The notes: generated from the letters alone by a model not told the origin. A DNA stretch of 64,000 nt from Proteromonas lacertae (GCA_002245135.1 NGBS01000889.1:62001-126000); one strand, 5' to 3'. Counted from the first letter of the stretch, positions 1-13,767 are shown. Numbers and translations: made by a program.

Positions 1-116
1 ATAGCTGATTTAATAGGATTATCACCATAATACAATACACCATCACAATCAAATAGAAATGTATCGTATTTATCAATCAATTGTGGAGTAAATATATCAA
101 TTTTATAATCATTCAT
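1..116 (-). CDS. HAD-IIA phosphoglycolate/4-nitrophenyl phosphatase, second copy (5' end only; runs off the left edge)
   Basis: Bases 1-150 are the reverse complement of 7749-7898. ATG at 116, reading MNDYKIDIFTPQLIDKYDTFLFDCDGVLY. Confidence 0.9.
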   Translation of the reverse strand, partial: MNDYKIDIFTPQLIDKYDTFLFDCDGVLYYGDNPIKSA

Positions 117-195
117 TTCGTATTTTCAACACAAAACAAAAATGAAAAAACAAGTCAAGCCAAACTATTTATTTTTATTTTTTAACTTAATTCTA

Positions 196-1476
196 ATGTT
201 TAAGAAACTATGTAGCTTTATAAAGAAGAAAGATAAAAAGAAAGAAAAGAAAGAAAAAGAAAATAATGAAGAGATTCCTCAAGAAGACTCTGTAGTATGA
301 TTATGTCGTTTTCTTTAAATAGGTTGAAGAAAATGTTGAAATGAATGACAAACCAGAAGATTTTGAAGGAGATGATCTTCCTGGAACTACTTACAAAGGA
401 AAGAAACTTTGTTTAGATGATTTCGCTTTATTAAAGACAATTGGTAAAGGATCTTTTGGTAAAGTATATGAAGTGAAGATGAAAGATACAGGACAAATTT
501 ATGCTATGAAAGTATTAAGTAAAGAGAGTGTAATTGCGTATTTATTGCTATAATTGATATATAATAAAAAATAGTCGTAAACAATATGAGCACACATTAG
601 CTGAAAGAAGAATATTAGAAGCTGCAGCTCATCCATTCTTAGTGAAGTATAAAATGAAAATTGTATTAATATTAATTGAATAGTTTGAGATTTGCTTTTC
701 AATCTCGTACAAAGTTATATATGGTATTAGATTTCTTTAATGGAGGTGAATTATATACTTACTTAACAAAAGGAAAGTTTTCCGAAGAACGAGCCAGATT
801 CTATTCTGCAGAAATCGCATTAGGTTTACATCATTTACATAGTAGTGATATAATTTATCGAGATTTAAAACCTGAGAATTTATTATTAGACAGAGATGGT
901 CACATTCGTATAACTGATTTTGGTTTAAGTAAAGAAGGTGTAGAAGGTGATACAGTTCGATCAATTTGTGGAACTCCTGAATATTTAGCACCTGAAGTGT
1001 TAAGAAAACAACCATATGGTAAAGGTGTAGATTGGTGGAGTTTAGGTACTTTAATATATGAGATGATAAGTGGTTTACCTCCATTCTATGATAAAAACCG
1101 TCAGAGAATGTACAAGAAGATATTAGAAGCTGAATTAGTCCAACCATCTTGTATGAGTGATGCTGCATTTGGAATAATTAAGAAATTTTTAGATCGAAAT
1201 CCAACAACAAGACTTGGTGTGAATGGATTTGATGAGATAAAGAAAGATCCATTCTTTAAAGGTATTGATTGGGATCGATTATTAAGAAAAGAGATTGAAC
1301 CTCCATTTAAACCAACTGTTAAAAGTGAAGATGATGTATCAAATGTTGATCCTGTATTTGTAGATGAATTGCCAACAGTAACTCCAACCCCAGCTGATGT
1401 AGCTTTGACTGATCCTGATGCATTTAATGGTTTTACTTATAAACCAGATACAATGGGTGAATCTTCTGCAAAATAA
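196..1476 (+). CDS. AGC-family Ser/Thr kinase (SGK/S6K/Akt-like, no PH domain), copy A; 3 short introns
   Basis: Motifs [32 protein letters not shown] and the C-terminal hydrophobic motif FNGFTY. Introns at about 292-322, 538-574 and 647-683 restore the frame. Confidence 0.93.
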
Positions 1477-1642
1477 CGTAGTTGTTTTTAGATTTCTATT
1501 CGTCAGATGTAAATATTAAGGTTAATTGAGAAGAATTAATGAGTGTCATTATTAAGAGTATTATTATTATTATGTTTTATGTTTTATATATTTTTATTAT
1601 CAACGCAAAATAAAATATTACACTTATACAAAGAATTAATAA

Positions 1643-2573
1643 CTATTTTTCTGTTGGTTCTGTTGGCTGTTGTGGTGGTTCAACATTATTTTCATCATAA
1701 TCTTCAGCAGATCCTTTTTCTTCAAACAATTTTATCATTTGTTCTACAAATTCAGGATCTATTGATGGAGTTTGATTTTTACGAGGCATATATGATCTAA
1801 TTTCATCAAAATCTAAAGGAAGATAAGCTTTAACCTGCAAAACTTGAACTTGGGCTGGATAAGGACAATCTTGCAAATCGTTGGTAGTCCATGCAGAATT
1901 GTCAATTGCCATAGCTGGTTCACTTATAGCTTCAAATATTCCAAACAGTTTACGTGATGTATAGTTATACAAGAAAAGTTTTGTGAAATTTGGTTTCTAT
2001 TAGTGTAATTTATTATTAAAATATACTATAAATTGCTGCATATCATTTAATGCTTGAGGTATATTACCAAATAGTTGTTTTTCTAAACATTCTCTCATTG
2101 TATGTTCATTACAAGTAAACATGAAACCATTTGGTTTACTTAAGTCATTTACTGTATAGCTTGGAATTTTTTTAATTGTTTCAGTTCTATATCCTCTCTT
2201 AGGGTATTTTTCTCTTTTTCCCCTATATTCTCTACGTTCTGAAGGTGATTCTGGAGGTGGTTCTGTTTTTATTCCTGGTTCATCTACTTTTTTAGGCAAA
2301 ATACTTCCTTGTGCTCTATTTGATAATTATTTATTATTTCTATACTCAGTCCACTCTTTCATATGATTAAGAACAAATTTTGGATCTATTTTAACAAAAT
2401 ACATTATCAAACTCTATTGTAAAATAACGATACACCAATACATACATCCTTATCCTCCGATGTTGATTTTTTCAACCATTCTTTGACTCTTAAAAATAAT
2501 TCTTCATTATATGCTATCTATTATGATCTTATCATTGCAATTATACTTCTTTTTCATCTTTAGGCTCTTCCAT
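1643..2573 (-). CDS. DCD (development and cell death) domain protein; multi-exon
   Basis: GFMFTCNEHTMRECLEKQLFG and LFLYNYTSRKLFGIFEA match the DCD pattern. ATG at 2573 joins through GT-AG introns. Confidence 0.75.
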
Positions 2574-2640
2574 TGCGATTTTAGTTCTTTCTAAAGTTTT
2601 GGTTTCTGAAAAAAATTATAAATCCCCAAAATATTAAAAA

Positions 2641-3357
2641 ATGAATTCTATTCAGAAAAAATACAGAAATGAAAGGGTAAAATTAGCGTATGACTCTCTG
2701 GTACTATCAGTTAAAAAATTGGGAGAACAATATCATGCTTCGTTAGCAGAATTAGCTCAATGTTATAAAGAGCAAATAAAAAAAGATCCAGTTCTTCAAG
2801 AAGATTTCTTTTCAATGTGTTATGCAATAGGCGTTGATCCACTCTCTTCAACAAAAGGATTTTGGCAAGATGTTTTTGGTTTTGGTGATTTCTATAAAAC
2901 ACTTACAATATCAATAATTAATATATGTATAAAAACGCAACCAGAAAATGGTGGACTTATTCCATTAACCGATTTAATTTATTATTTGAAGTCTACAATG
3001 AAAGTTGATAGTATATCATCAAATGATGTAAAAAGAAGTCTATTGCAAATCCAAAAATTAAGTCCAGAGTATAGCATAATTGTATTAGATGGAAAAGAAA
3101 TGTTATTGAATAAACCTCAACAATTCAGTGATTATCAAAGAATAATTCTTTCCTATTTGTCTGATACAAACAAACAACCAGTAAATAGATTTATTACGCT
3201 GACCATTGCAACAAATATATGTAAAATACCTAAGCAACATGTTTCTACAATTCTAGATGATATGATGCAAGATTGTTTCCTTTGGATTGATAATCAGTGT
3301 GAAGAAGAACCGAGGTATTATTGTTCAAGTTTTAATATAACGTCTAATATAATGTAA
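2641..3357 (+). CDS. SNF8: ESCRT-II subunit Vps22/SNF8 (EAP30)
   Basis: IKKDPVLQEDFFSMCYAIGVDPLSSTKGFW, GFGDFY, ENGGLI and LWIDNQ; single exon. Confidence 0.9.
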   Translation: MNSIQKKYRNERVKLAYDSLVLSVKKLGEQYHASLAELAQCYKEQIKKDPVLQEDFFSMCYAIGVDPLSSTKGFWQDVFGFGDFYKTLTISIINICIKTQPENGGLIPLTDLIYYLKSTMKVDSISSNDVKRSLLQIQKLSPEYSIIVLDGKEMLLNKPQQFSDYQRIILSYLSDTNKQPVNRFITLTIATNICKIPKQHVSTILDDMMQDCFLWIDNQCEEEPRYYCSSFNITSNIM

Positions 3358-3413
3358 TTATTCCATTTCTGTTGTGTACATCATACTGTTGTTAATTGTA
3401 TTGAATAAATAAA

Positions 3414-5068
3414 ATGCCATCTGCGTATAATAAAGTCGATAACAATGTAAAGCACCAACCAGCTTCTAAATTTCCCACAATGAAAGTGGTTGCTGTGGCA
3501 ATAACGGCATTTACTAATTATTGTAGTATGCAATTAGTGTATCCATTTATCCCTTTTATGGTTAAAGACTTTTTTCCACAAGTATTTTATCGGATCTATA
3601 ATATTATTGATTTTTTGAATAATATTTCATAAATTTTATTTCTAATTTCATAATAGTTACTAGATAGTGAGTTGGGATATAGAGTTGGATTACTTGGTGC
3701 ATCTTTTAATTTGGGAAATTTTGTAGGAAGCATTTTGTGGGGTTATATCGCAGATATCAAAGGAAGAAGGTTCGCATTAATATCAGGAATATTAGGAACT
3801 CTCGTCAGTACTTTATTATTTGGATTTTCAGTGAATTATATTTGGGCAATTGGAGCAAGATTTTTATGGGGTATATTGAATGGTAATTCAGGTGTATCAA
3901 AGGTATATTTGTCTGAAATCTTAACCAATGAACAACAATCTGTCGGTTTCACCACTTTAGGAGCAACAGATGGCTTAGGAAGGTATAAATATATTTAATA
4001 TAATTATTTGAAAGTAATAATAATGCTATAATAGAATTGTTGGTCCAGTGATTGGAGGATATTTAGGTCATAAAGGAAATATCAAATATATAGCTGATAG
4101 AATTGAAATGGTGAAGAAAGTATTATTTTTTTATTTTGCCATATAGTTTCCATATTTAATTGCATGTTTAATCTGTGTTTTATTCTCTGTTATTGGATAT
4201 ATTGTCGCATATTCTACTATCAAAGAAACTTTAACACCAGAATTGAAAGAAAGAATGAAAGTCAAAAGAAATGGAGATAAAAATAATACTTATTCTTTCT
4301 TCACTGTATTTAAAACTTGGGATATCATGATTCCTTGTTGTTTATATGCAATTTTAGGAATTCATGGATCAGCATTTGATGAAACACTTCCATTATTCTT
4401 ATTAAATCCAAAAAGTGTTGGAGGATTTGCATATGATTCCAGTAAAATTGGAGTAGTGTATCTATTAGCTGCTCCTCTTCAATTATTTGGTTTAATTTTC
4501 TTTTATCCAAAATGGACGAAATGGTTTGGATATCGAATGGGAATGGTATATAGTTCAATAGTTGGATTAACTTTTACTTATTTCTTTCCTGTTTTATCAA
4601 TATTCAATAATCAATCAGTCACTGTATATATATATTCCTATATTATAATATTTCTTTAGTTTATCACTATATGCGTATCAATGGTATTTGGAATATTACA
4701 ACTATTCAGAATTATGTGCTTTACCAGTGTAATTGTTCTAATAAATAATTCATGTTTACCTGAACAAAAATCTAAAACAAATGCTCTAGCTCAGACATTA
4801 AGTGGAGCTTGTAGATCCATTGGTCCATATTTTGGTGCAAATCTGTTTGCATGGAGTTGTAACAACAATATTGGTTATCCCTATAATTATACATTCCTTT
4901 ATAAAGTATAAATATCTCATTTATTTCTTTATATAGGTGATATCCATGATATATGTAATAACTATTGTTGGTACTTACATCTTGCCACCATCCATCGAGA
5001 ATAAGAAGACATTGCCAACTCCAACAATAACAGTCGATAAAAATATGGAAGTAGTCGTTAAACAGTAA
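3414..5068 (+). CDS. MFS transporter (ZIFL/tetracycline-resistance-like); multi-exon
   Basis: YPFIPFMVKDF, motif A WGYIADIKGRR, ARFLWGILNGN and RSIGPYFG; many TM segments. Confidence 0.88.
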
Positions 5069-5208
5069 ATTACATATTACTACTTATAATTATATTCTTA
5101 TAACTGTATGTTGGATTAAAACATTTTGATTGATAAAATATTACCGTTTCATGTTTTAAAAAACTCAAAAAAACAACAAATAAATGAAAATAAACACTAT
5201 TAAATTAT

Positions 5209-6475
5209 CTATTTTGTATCAGCATAAGGGAACATATATCCTCTTAACAACAATTTTTGTTTCTCCTTTTCACTTGGGTATAATTTCTCTCTTACTTCAG
5301 GATGAGGTATTTTATATTTTTCCATAATAAAATTAATATGATCTTCAGTGAGTGGAATATTTTCTCTGAGTACGTCAAATATAATCTATAAGATTCATAA
5401 ATCATAACAAATACTTGAGTATTCCTTGTCATTGGTGTATTATACGCTAAAACAGTTTCTTCTAACAAATCAATACATAATTCAGGAGTTAAATTACTTC
5501 CTCTTTCATATATACAAGCAAGACTATAAATCAATCTCTTTTCGTTGTTAGTTAACATATCAGGAGTTCTAAATGAAATAAAATAACAATAATGATAAAT
5601 ACTGTTTTAAACTATCAACAACAATTTGAAAAACTTGATGCATTTTTAATTGATTTTCTAAGATCAATTTTGCAGCTTGTAATCTTGCTACTTTTAAATC
5701 ACTCATTGCATCTTGGGATATAAAATCATCATCCAATAGAATTTGCCTTCTCTTTTCATTCAATACTTTTCGATCATATTCTTTAAATTTGAATTCTTTT
5801 TCTTCTTCTTTATCTTGTTGAGTTATATCTTTTCCAAAACGTTTGAAATTGGGTATTTTTTCAACATGTCTCCATGTTATATCTTCTTTCTTGATTGGTG
5901 AATCTTCATTTTCTGGATTTTGGTATATTTTTCTAAGTCTCTTTGGATACCATCCTGGGTTATGTGGATATGGAGCCATTACCGTTGTTAAGTGCTGTTC
6001 TCCTTTATGCCTATTTTCAATTAATAACCCATCTTTCTTTATCTTATGTCTCTTTTCAACTCTAATTATAAAAGATGATATATATGTAATATTATATTAT
6101 ACATTTCATATTTGTATTTTGGTTCTACTGTGAAAAATCTAGTTGGAACTTCTGGAACTCTCCATCTGTCCACTAGAGCATCTATATTAGCCCATCTATG
6201 TTTTGGATCAAATCTTGGTGGAGGTGGTGGTGGTTTTGGCTTTTCCACCACTGGATGATGGATTTGAAAAAAATCATGACCTACAAATAACAGAAATGTT
6301 TAATATACATACTTTCAGATATTAATGCACATTCTTTAGGGAATTTACTATTAGACTCAGTATCATATGAAGATCCAGTTGTTGCTTTATTTGCTCTATA
6401 CTCAGATTCTATAATATACCGCAATTGTATAATACCTGCTATCAATTTTTTAAGCTTATCTCCATTTTTGCTCAT
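5209..6475 (-). CDS. hypothetical protein; multi-exon
   Basis: ORFs at 6281-6541, 6066-6251, 5569-5979 and 5292-5558 join through short GT-AG introns. No family recognised. Confidence 0.6.
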
Positions 6476-6544
6476 TCTATTCAAAATAAATTCAAAAAAA
6501 CAGTTTGATTGTGTTTGAGGCTTGAGAATCTTTAAAAACAAAAT

Positions 6545-7583
6545 ATGGTAAGATAAACGAAATATTATTTACTATAATAGCACGGACGAAGGTTAGATGA
6601 ATATCAAAAAGAGAAAACTGAGGAAGAAATTGCAGAAGAAGCAAAAAAGAAAGCAAAATATGAAAAGTTATCCTCCGAATTGCTGGATAAGGTATTTATT
6701 TCATTTATTTAATAAAATATCAATAGTATCACAAAAAAGTGTACAATGATGGAATATTCGTATATCTTTCACAGTTACTTAACATCAATCCTGAACTATA
6801 TCCTATGTGGAATTATAGAAAAGAATTAATAGAATTTAAATTAAATCAGTTGTATTCTAATTACGTGAATATAATATAAATAGAAATGAAGAAGAAAGAA
6901 TAAATTTTATGAATAAAGAGTTGTTATTTAATCAAACAATCATAGCTACAAAGAATCCAAAATGTTACAGCGTATGGTATCATAGATATTGGATAATTCT
7001 AAAAGGTTATGGAAATAAAGAGAATGAACTTGAATTATGTGAAAAACTATTAGAAAAAGATCAACGTAATTTTCATTGTTGGGGATACAGACTGAAAATA
7101 GTAAAGATACTAAGTGAGTGTAAAGAAGAATCTGAATTGAAATTTGCCAATGGTATGTTAAGTAAAAACTTCTCCAATTATTCAGCAATGCATTATAAAA
7201 TTCATTATTATAATATGTTAAAGAAAAATACAATTCTAGATGAAATGGATGATATTGTAAATGCTGTTTTTACAGATCCATATGACCAAAGTTATTGGTT
7301 ATATTTGAAATGGATGATTAATTATGTGAAAGAGAATTATAGTGATAAATTGGATGATGTTTTTAATAAAACTATTGAGATTTGTGGAGTATTAATGGAG
7401 GAGGAAGAAAAATGCCAATGGCCTGTTTATTTATTATATTATGTTTATAAACAAAAGTACAATATTGCTAAAGATTCAGAATATAAACAAAAGTGTGTAG
7501 ATTATCTCACAAAGTTGATAGACATTGACAATTTACATAAGAAAATGTATGAAGATATGATAGAGAGTATGAATAAAGAATAG
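6545..7583 (+). CDS. RABGGTA: Rab geranylgeranyltransferase alpha subunit
   Basis: ATG, then an intron, then HGRR (MHGR N-terminus). PPTA repeats NPKCYSVWYHR, RNFHCWGYR, NFSNYSAMHY and FTDPYDQSYW. Confidence 0.88.
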
Positions 7584-7665
7584 AGGTTAATTAAAATGAA
7601 TAAAAATAATCAACAATAATGATTGTTTGTTTTATATTTACACTTTTTTTTGATCGTTACAGTAA

Positions 7666-7738
7666 GCCCGTCTAGCTCAGTCGGTAGAGCGCTAGGCTCT
7701 TAACCTAGTGGTCGGGGGTTCGAGCCCCCCGGTGGGCG
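7666..7738 (+). tRNA. tRNA-Lys(CTT)
   Basis: Acceptor stem GCCCGTC/GGTGGGC, D-arm TAGCTCAGTCGGTAGAGC, anticodon arm CTAGG-CTCTTAA-CCTAG, T-loop GGTTCGAG and a downstream T-run. Confidence 0.97.
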
Positions 7739-7782
7739 TTATTTTTATTTTTTTCATTTTTGTTTTGTGTTGAAAATACGAA

Positions 7783-8747
7783 ATGAATGATTATAAAATT
7801 GATATATTTACTCCACAATTGATTGATAAATACGATACATTTCTATTTGATTGTGATGGTGTATTGTATTATGGTGATAATCCTATTAAATCAGCTATAA
7901 ATGTAGTAAATACATTAAAACAATCAGGAAAGGATGTGTTCTTTATTGTATTATTTTTATTGTTATAGTATAGTCAAACAATAATTCTTTAAGCCGACAA
8001 GGATATGTAGATCGTTTGAAAAGATATGGAATAGATGCTGATAAATCACAAATGATACCGTATGTATTTTGTTATATTTATTCCTGTAGATCGAGTTTTG
8101 TAGCTGCTGAATATTTAAAGAGATTAGGAAATATAAAAAGTGTATATATGATAGGAGAAGAAGGATTATGTGATGAAATAAAAGAAGTTGGAATAGAAGT
8201 ACATGGTTTAGAAGATAATCATAATTATGATTTCAGTGTAAATGATATAGATATAAACTCTGAAGTAGATGCAGTTGTTTGTGGCTTTGATACAGTGTTA
8301 AATTTCACTAAATTAGCTAAGGCAACAGTATATTTACAAAATCCAAAATGTAAATTTATAGCTTGTGAAAAGTATAATTTAATAATTCTATTTATTAGAG
8401 ATATAAAGTATATAGAAGCTAATTCTTATCAATATCCAGCTGGTGAACCAAATATAGAGTTTTTAGAAGTGTCAACATCTAGAAAAGCAGATGTATTAAC
8501 AGGTAAACCATCTGAGTTAGTATTTGAATGTATAAAATCTCTTCGACCGAAATTAGATGAAAGAAGAAGTATAATGATTGGTGATACTTTATCAACTGAT
8601 ATATTATTTGGAAATAAAAATGGAATTGATACTTTATTAGTATTAAGTGGTCAAGTGAGTAGTTTAGATGAAGTATATACTTCAAATAATGATATTTATC
8701 CAACGTATTACTTAAATAATCTAGGAGATATAGATGGTAAATTTTAA
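7783..8747 (+). CDS. HAD-IIA phosphoglycolate/4-nitrophenyl phosphatase; 3 short introns
   Basis: FLFDCDGVL, SNNS, GKPS, MIGDTLSTDILFG and TLLVLSG. Confidence 0.9.
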
Positions 8748-8846
8748 ATGTTGATTTTAATAATTAATAAATAAATTATTTGTTTTTTTTTCTGTTTTTT
8801 ATTCAACATATTCATTTTAATCATTCAATAATAAAGTTTACATTAA

Positions 8847-11800
8847 TTATTCTACATTTACATATTCTTTTGATAATTCTTTATTTTCTTCTTCAGTAAT
8901 TCCATCTAATTTTATTCTTCCTATTGTTGAAAATGTTACTAAAAATGATTTTAATTCTGATTTATCTATATTCTCTTTCATTGTTATTGATAATTCATCT
9001 AAACAATCAAATACTTCTTTGTTTTCTTTCATTAATCTCAACTCACTTTCATCTAATTCATTTCCTAATAGATTAATCTCTTCTAATTGTTTGTAACTTT
9101 TTAATCTTTCTATTAACATTTTTAATCCTATTTCATTCATTCCAATGTCTATTCAAATAAAAAAGGCTACTATAAATATAGAATACTTGAAAGATTCAAG
9201 AAAAACAAATCATTTATCCATACAAAATTATGATCTTCAAACAAATCTAAAAAACTACATATTATCTCTATTCCCTTATCTCCAATTGGATTATTAAATA
9301 TTGATATATGCTCTAAATGTTTCGGTAAAAAATCTATTAATTCTTCTAACCCTTTATAACTTATTTTATTACTTGATAAATTAAGTGTTTTATATCTTAT
9401 CTGCTTTATTAATGGAATATGAGAATCGTTGATATTCATATCTATTTTAGAAGATATATAGTAAAAATACTTGAAAAATCATAATCATCTCTGCTTGTAT
9501 TACAAATGAAATAGTTCAAATAATATTCCAACTCTTCATTTGTCCATAATGGATTTTTCATTTCCACAATTGGATAATTATCATTCTCTAATGATTTTGA
9601 ACATATTGCTTTTAATCCTTTCATTCTGATATTATTTCCATTTAGCTTTATTGTTTTGCATTCATCAATACAATATATTCCATTCACTAATTCAATTACA
9701 CCTTCATCATCAATGGATATATTACTCAAATCTATATTACCTATATCGCATACATTGAAATTATCAATTAACATATCTAGATTATCTAACAATAGTCTTA
9801 CTCCATCATTACCAATTGGATTATCTATACATTCATAATATACATGATAATACTTTTAACGAATAATCGATCAACATTGTTTGATTCGTTCGCATAGTTC
9901 ATCAAATATTTTAATCCAGTAGAATCAATATTATTACTACTTATATCTAGACTTATTTTATAGTGAATATTCTGCAATCCATCCAATAAATATTTTAATC
10001 CTATTGAAGATAATCCCATTTCTATTACATATTAATCAATTATTATTATACTTCTACAGTCCAGACGATAGGAAAAATCAATTAGTAATTGCATATGTGA
10101 AGATAATATTTTCATCCCTAAATCTCCTATTTCATTTCCCCATAATTCAAGATGATAAATATATGGCAATGAAGATAAATTGTTAATCAGTACTTCTATA
10201 CTTTTATAAGTTAGTTTATTGTCTAAATGATAGAAAAATATCTAATCATACTATTCAATTTTAATTTCTTAATCTTGTTTAATTCATTTGATTTCATAAA
10301 GATGAACAATTTTAGTATATCATCATCAATATCAGATCTATCAAGCCATATTTCATTTTCTTGAATTTCCAAATATCTGATTAATTCTGGAATATCTTTA
10401 TCAATCAATAATTCTTTACTTCCATTGAAATCAAATTTGATTTTTGAAATAGGAAATTTGGAGAATAAAGCTTTTAATCCTTTTGAATGAATATTTCTGT
10501 TTCCTAAAGTATATATTCTACTAAGATTTGGATATTTGAATAATTCTTCTGATAATATTATCATTGATTCATCATTTAAATTCATTCTATGAAGATTCAA
10601 TATATTACATTTATTGATTAACAAATGTAAATAAGGAATTAATAATTTGAATCCTTTTGGACCAATTGGATTATCTATATCAGAATAAGAATTAAAAAAA
10701 AAGATATATATATATACGATGAAGATCTATATATTTTAATCTAGTAAAAGGAATTGATTTAACAAATGATTCAATGACATGAAATGAAAGATAACACATT
10801 GACAGATCTAAATCTCGTAGATTTGATAAAAGGTTATAAGACGGTGGGAATAATAATTGTAATAAGAATGAAATGTTAAAGCCAAAAATATTATCTAATT
10901 AAATATAACTGATTAGAATTATACTAAACTTTAGTATTGGTTGATTGATAATTTTTAATATAATCAACAAATAATTCATTCCTTCTTCACAAAAACAAAT
11001 AAATTCTGAATTAATTGTGATAATTTCTCCTGTTTCATAATCATAAGATATAATATTACAAATCATTTCATCTAAGTAACATTCTTTATCTTCTGTGCAT
11101 TGGTGATATACTTGAAATTTCAGTTTTTCTTGTATTGTATAATCTCCACTACATATTTTTATCATTAATAAAACTGATAACAATTTTTCATTTGCTTTCT
11201 GATTATATGATTTTATTAAATCAACAAGAAAATCTATTCAAATATATTCATTTCATCATTATACTTTCATATCTATCACTTTTCATATAATATTCTACCT
11301 TATCATTAATATGTGATATATCAATACAATAATCATTTTTAAACAGTATTTCTTTCCTTTCTTTCACAACTATTAAATTACTATCTGAATCTTTTAATAT
11401 TTCGCTCATTTTTATCATTTCTTTTTTCAACTCTTTTAAACTCAATCTATCTTCGTTTCTAATTTTCAACATTCTTTTTATCATTTCTTTCATTTCATTA
11501 TCATATTCCACTTCAAAACTATATTTACATCTCATTATGTTATTCATTGTCTTAATCATATCATCATCTTCATTAAATGGTAATTTCTTACAAATCATTT
11601 CATATAATATACAGCCAATTGACCAAATCACACCTCTCACATTTACTTCAAATCCATTCAATTCCTCAGGGCTTTTAAAACTTATATTATACAAACTCAT
11701 ATCTTCTTCTTTTCTCAATTCATTTAGGAATAAATCACACAATTTTACATTATTATTTTCATCGTATATTATGTTAGAACTCTTCAAATTACTAACTATT

Positions 11801-12224
11801 AAACCATTATCTTCCAACACCATCATAATATCACATATTGAAAGAATAATTCTACAAATATCATCACTTGAAAGGAATTTACTCTGGATTACCTCTTTTA
11901 GATCCTTTGAATAATATTTTCTATCTAATATCATATATTGATTTATCTGAAGTATTTTTAATGGATAAATAATGGCTTCACAACAATCTAAAAGAAATGA
12001 GTTGTTTTCACAAAACAATAATACACTATTCTCCTTTACATCAGCTATATTTAATATTTTTAACATTTTAATGTAATTTAAATGCTGGACAACATAATCC
12101 ACTTCATTATTACTCTTTTCTTCTTTCTTTCCTATCTACAAAAATAATATAATAATAATACAATTGCATCAGATGGTAATGTTGAGGATATAATATCATT
12201 TGCATAAGATTTTAAGCAAAACAT
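8847..12224 (-). CDS. pseudokinase fused to RNI-like leucine-rich repeats; multi-exon
   Basis: The kinase fold lacks HRD and DFG (VSNLKSSN, KLCDLF, SPE, IWSIGCILYEM). Many LxLxxNxIxxxG repeats follow in exons down to 8847. Confidence 0.75.
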
Positions 12225-12499
12225 TTTTCAAACTTGGTTTGATGTTTCAAAATAATTCATTTTAGTTACAACATGATATGTTATTATGATATTAATATTT
12301 TCTTTAAAAAACACAAAATCAACGTAATAGAAACTTATATACCACATTCTAAAACAAATAGATTATTAAACTGAAAATTGAAGAGATTTATAAAATAAGA
12401 AGGATTGAATAAAAACGATTTTGAATAATCTTTTATAATTCCCCAAAAAACAATACTAAAATATGTTGAATATATTTATATACAAATAAAGGTTTGGAT

Positions 12500-13767
12500 T
12501 TACTTAGCAGCATCTCCCATTGTATCTGGTTTATAAGTAAAACCATTAAATGCATCAGGATCAGTTAAAACTACATCAGCTGGGGTTGGAGTAACGAAAG
12601 GTAACTCTTTTACAAATACAGAATCAACATTTGATACATCATCTTCACTTTTAACAGTTGGTTTAAATGGAGGTTCAATCTCTTTTCTTAATAATCGATC
12701 CCAATCAATACCTTTAAAGAATGGATCTTTCTTTATCTCATCAAATCCATTCACACCAAGTCTTGTTGTTGGATTTCGATCTAAAAATTTCTTAATTATT
12801 CCAAATGCAGCATCACTCATACAAGATGGTTGGACTAATTCAGCTTCTAATATCTTCTTGTACATTCTCTGACGGTTTTTATCATAGAATGGAGGTAAAC
12901 CACTTATCATCTCATATATTAAAGTACCTAAACTCCACCAATCTACACCTTTACCATATGGTTGTTTTCTTAACACTTCAGGTGCTAAATATTCAGGAGT
13001 TCCACAAATTGATCGAACTGTATCACCTTCTACACCTTCTTTACTTAAACCAAAATCAGTTATACGAATGTGACCATCTCTGTCTAATAATAAATTCTCA
13101 GGTTTTAAATCTCGATAAATTATATCACTACTATGTAAATGATGTAAACCTAATGCGATTTCTGCAGAATAGAATCTGGCTCGTTCTTCGGAAAACTTTC
13201 CTTTTGTTAAGTAAGTATATAATTCACCTCCATTAAAGAAATCTAATACCATATATAACTTTGTACGAGATTGAAAAGCAAATCTCAAACTATTCAATTA
13301 ATATTAATACAATTTTCATTTTATACTTCACTAAGAATGGATGAGCTGCAGCTTCTAATATTCTTCTTTCAGCTAATGTGTGCTCATATTGTTTACGACT
13401 ATTTTTTATTATATATTAATTATAGCAATAAATACGCAATTACACTCTCTTTACTTAATACTTTCATAGCATAAATTTGTCCTGTATCTTTCATCTTCAC
13501 TTCATATACTTTACCAAAAGATCCTTTACCAATTGTCTTTAATAAAGCGAAATCATCTAAACAAAGTTTCTTTCCTTTGTAAGTAGTTCCAGGAAGATCA
13601 TCTCCTTTGAAATCTTCAGGACTATCACCGTATTCAGCATCGTATTTGGCTTCTTCATCCTAAATACTGTAATCAACTTTACATACCTTGGACTCTTTTG
13701 CAGTCTGTTCCTTCTTTTCTTCCTCGTTATTTTTCTTCTTATTTCCTCCAAATAACTTCTTGAACAT
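12500..13767 (-). CDS. AGC-family Ser/Thr kinase, copy B; 3 short introns
   Basis: The core is nearly identical to copy A. It has a distinct N-terminus ([12 protein letters not shown]) and C-tail. Confidence 0.93.

Larger units (their letters stand above)
1..7898. repeat. inverted repeat pair (1-150 and 7749-7898; left arm truncated by the window edge)
   Basis: Direct reverse-complement match; paired coordinates sum to 7899. Confidence 0.92.
366..13607. repeat. inverted repeat pair, about 1 kb arms (366-1350 and 12623-13607)
   Basis: Near-identical kinase core including introns; paired coordinates sum to 13973. Confidence 0.95.

Noticed and set aside
499..13474. Duplicated antisense ORFs (737-1168/12805-13236 and 499-702/13271-13474)
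   Set aside because: They are shadows of the duplicated kinase with no independent coding signal.
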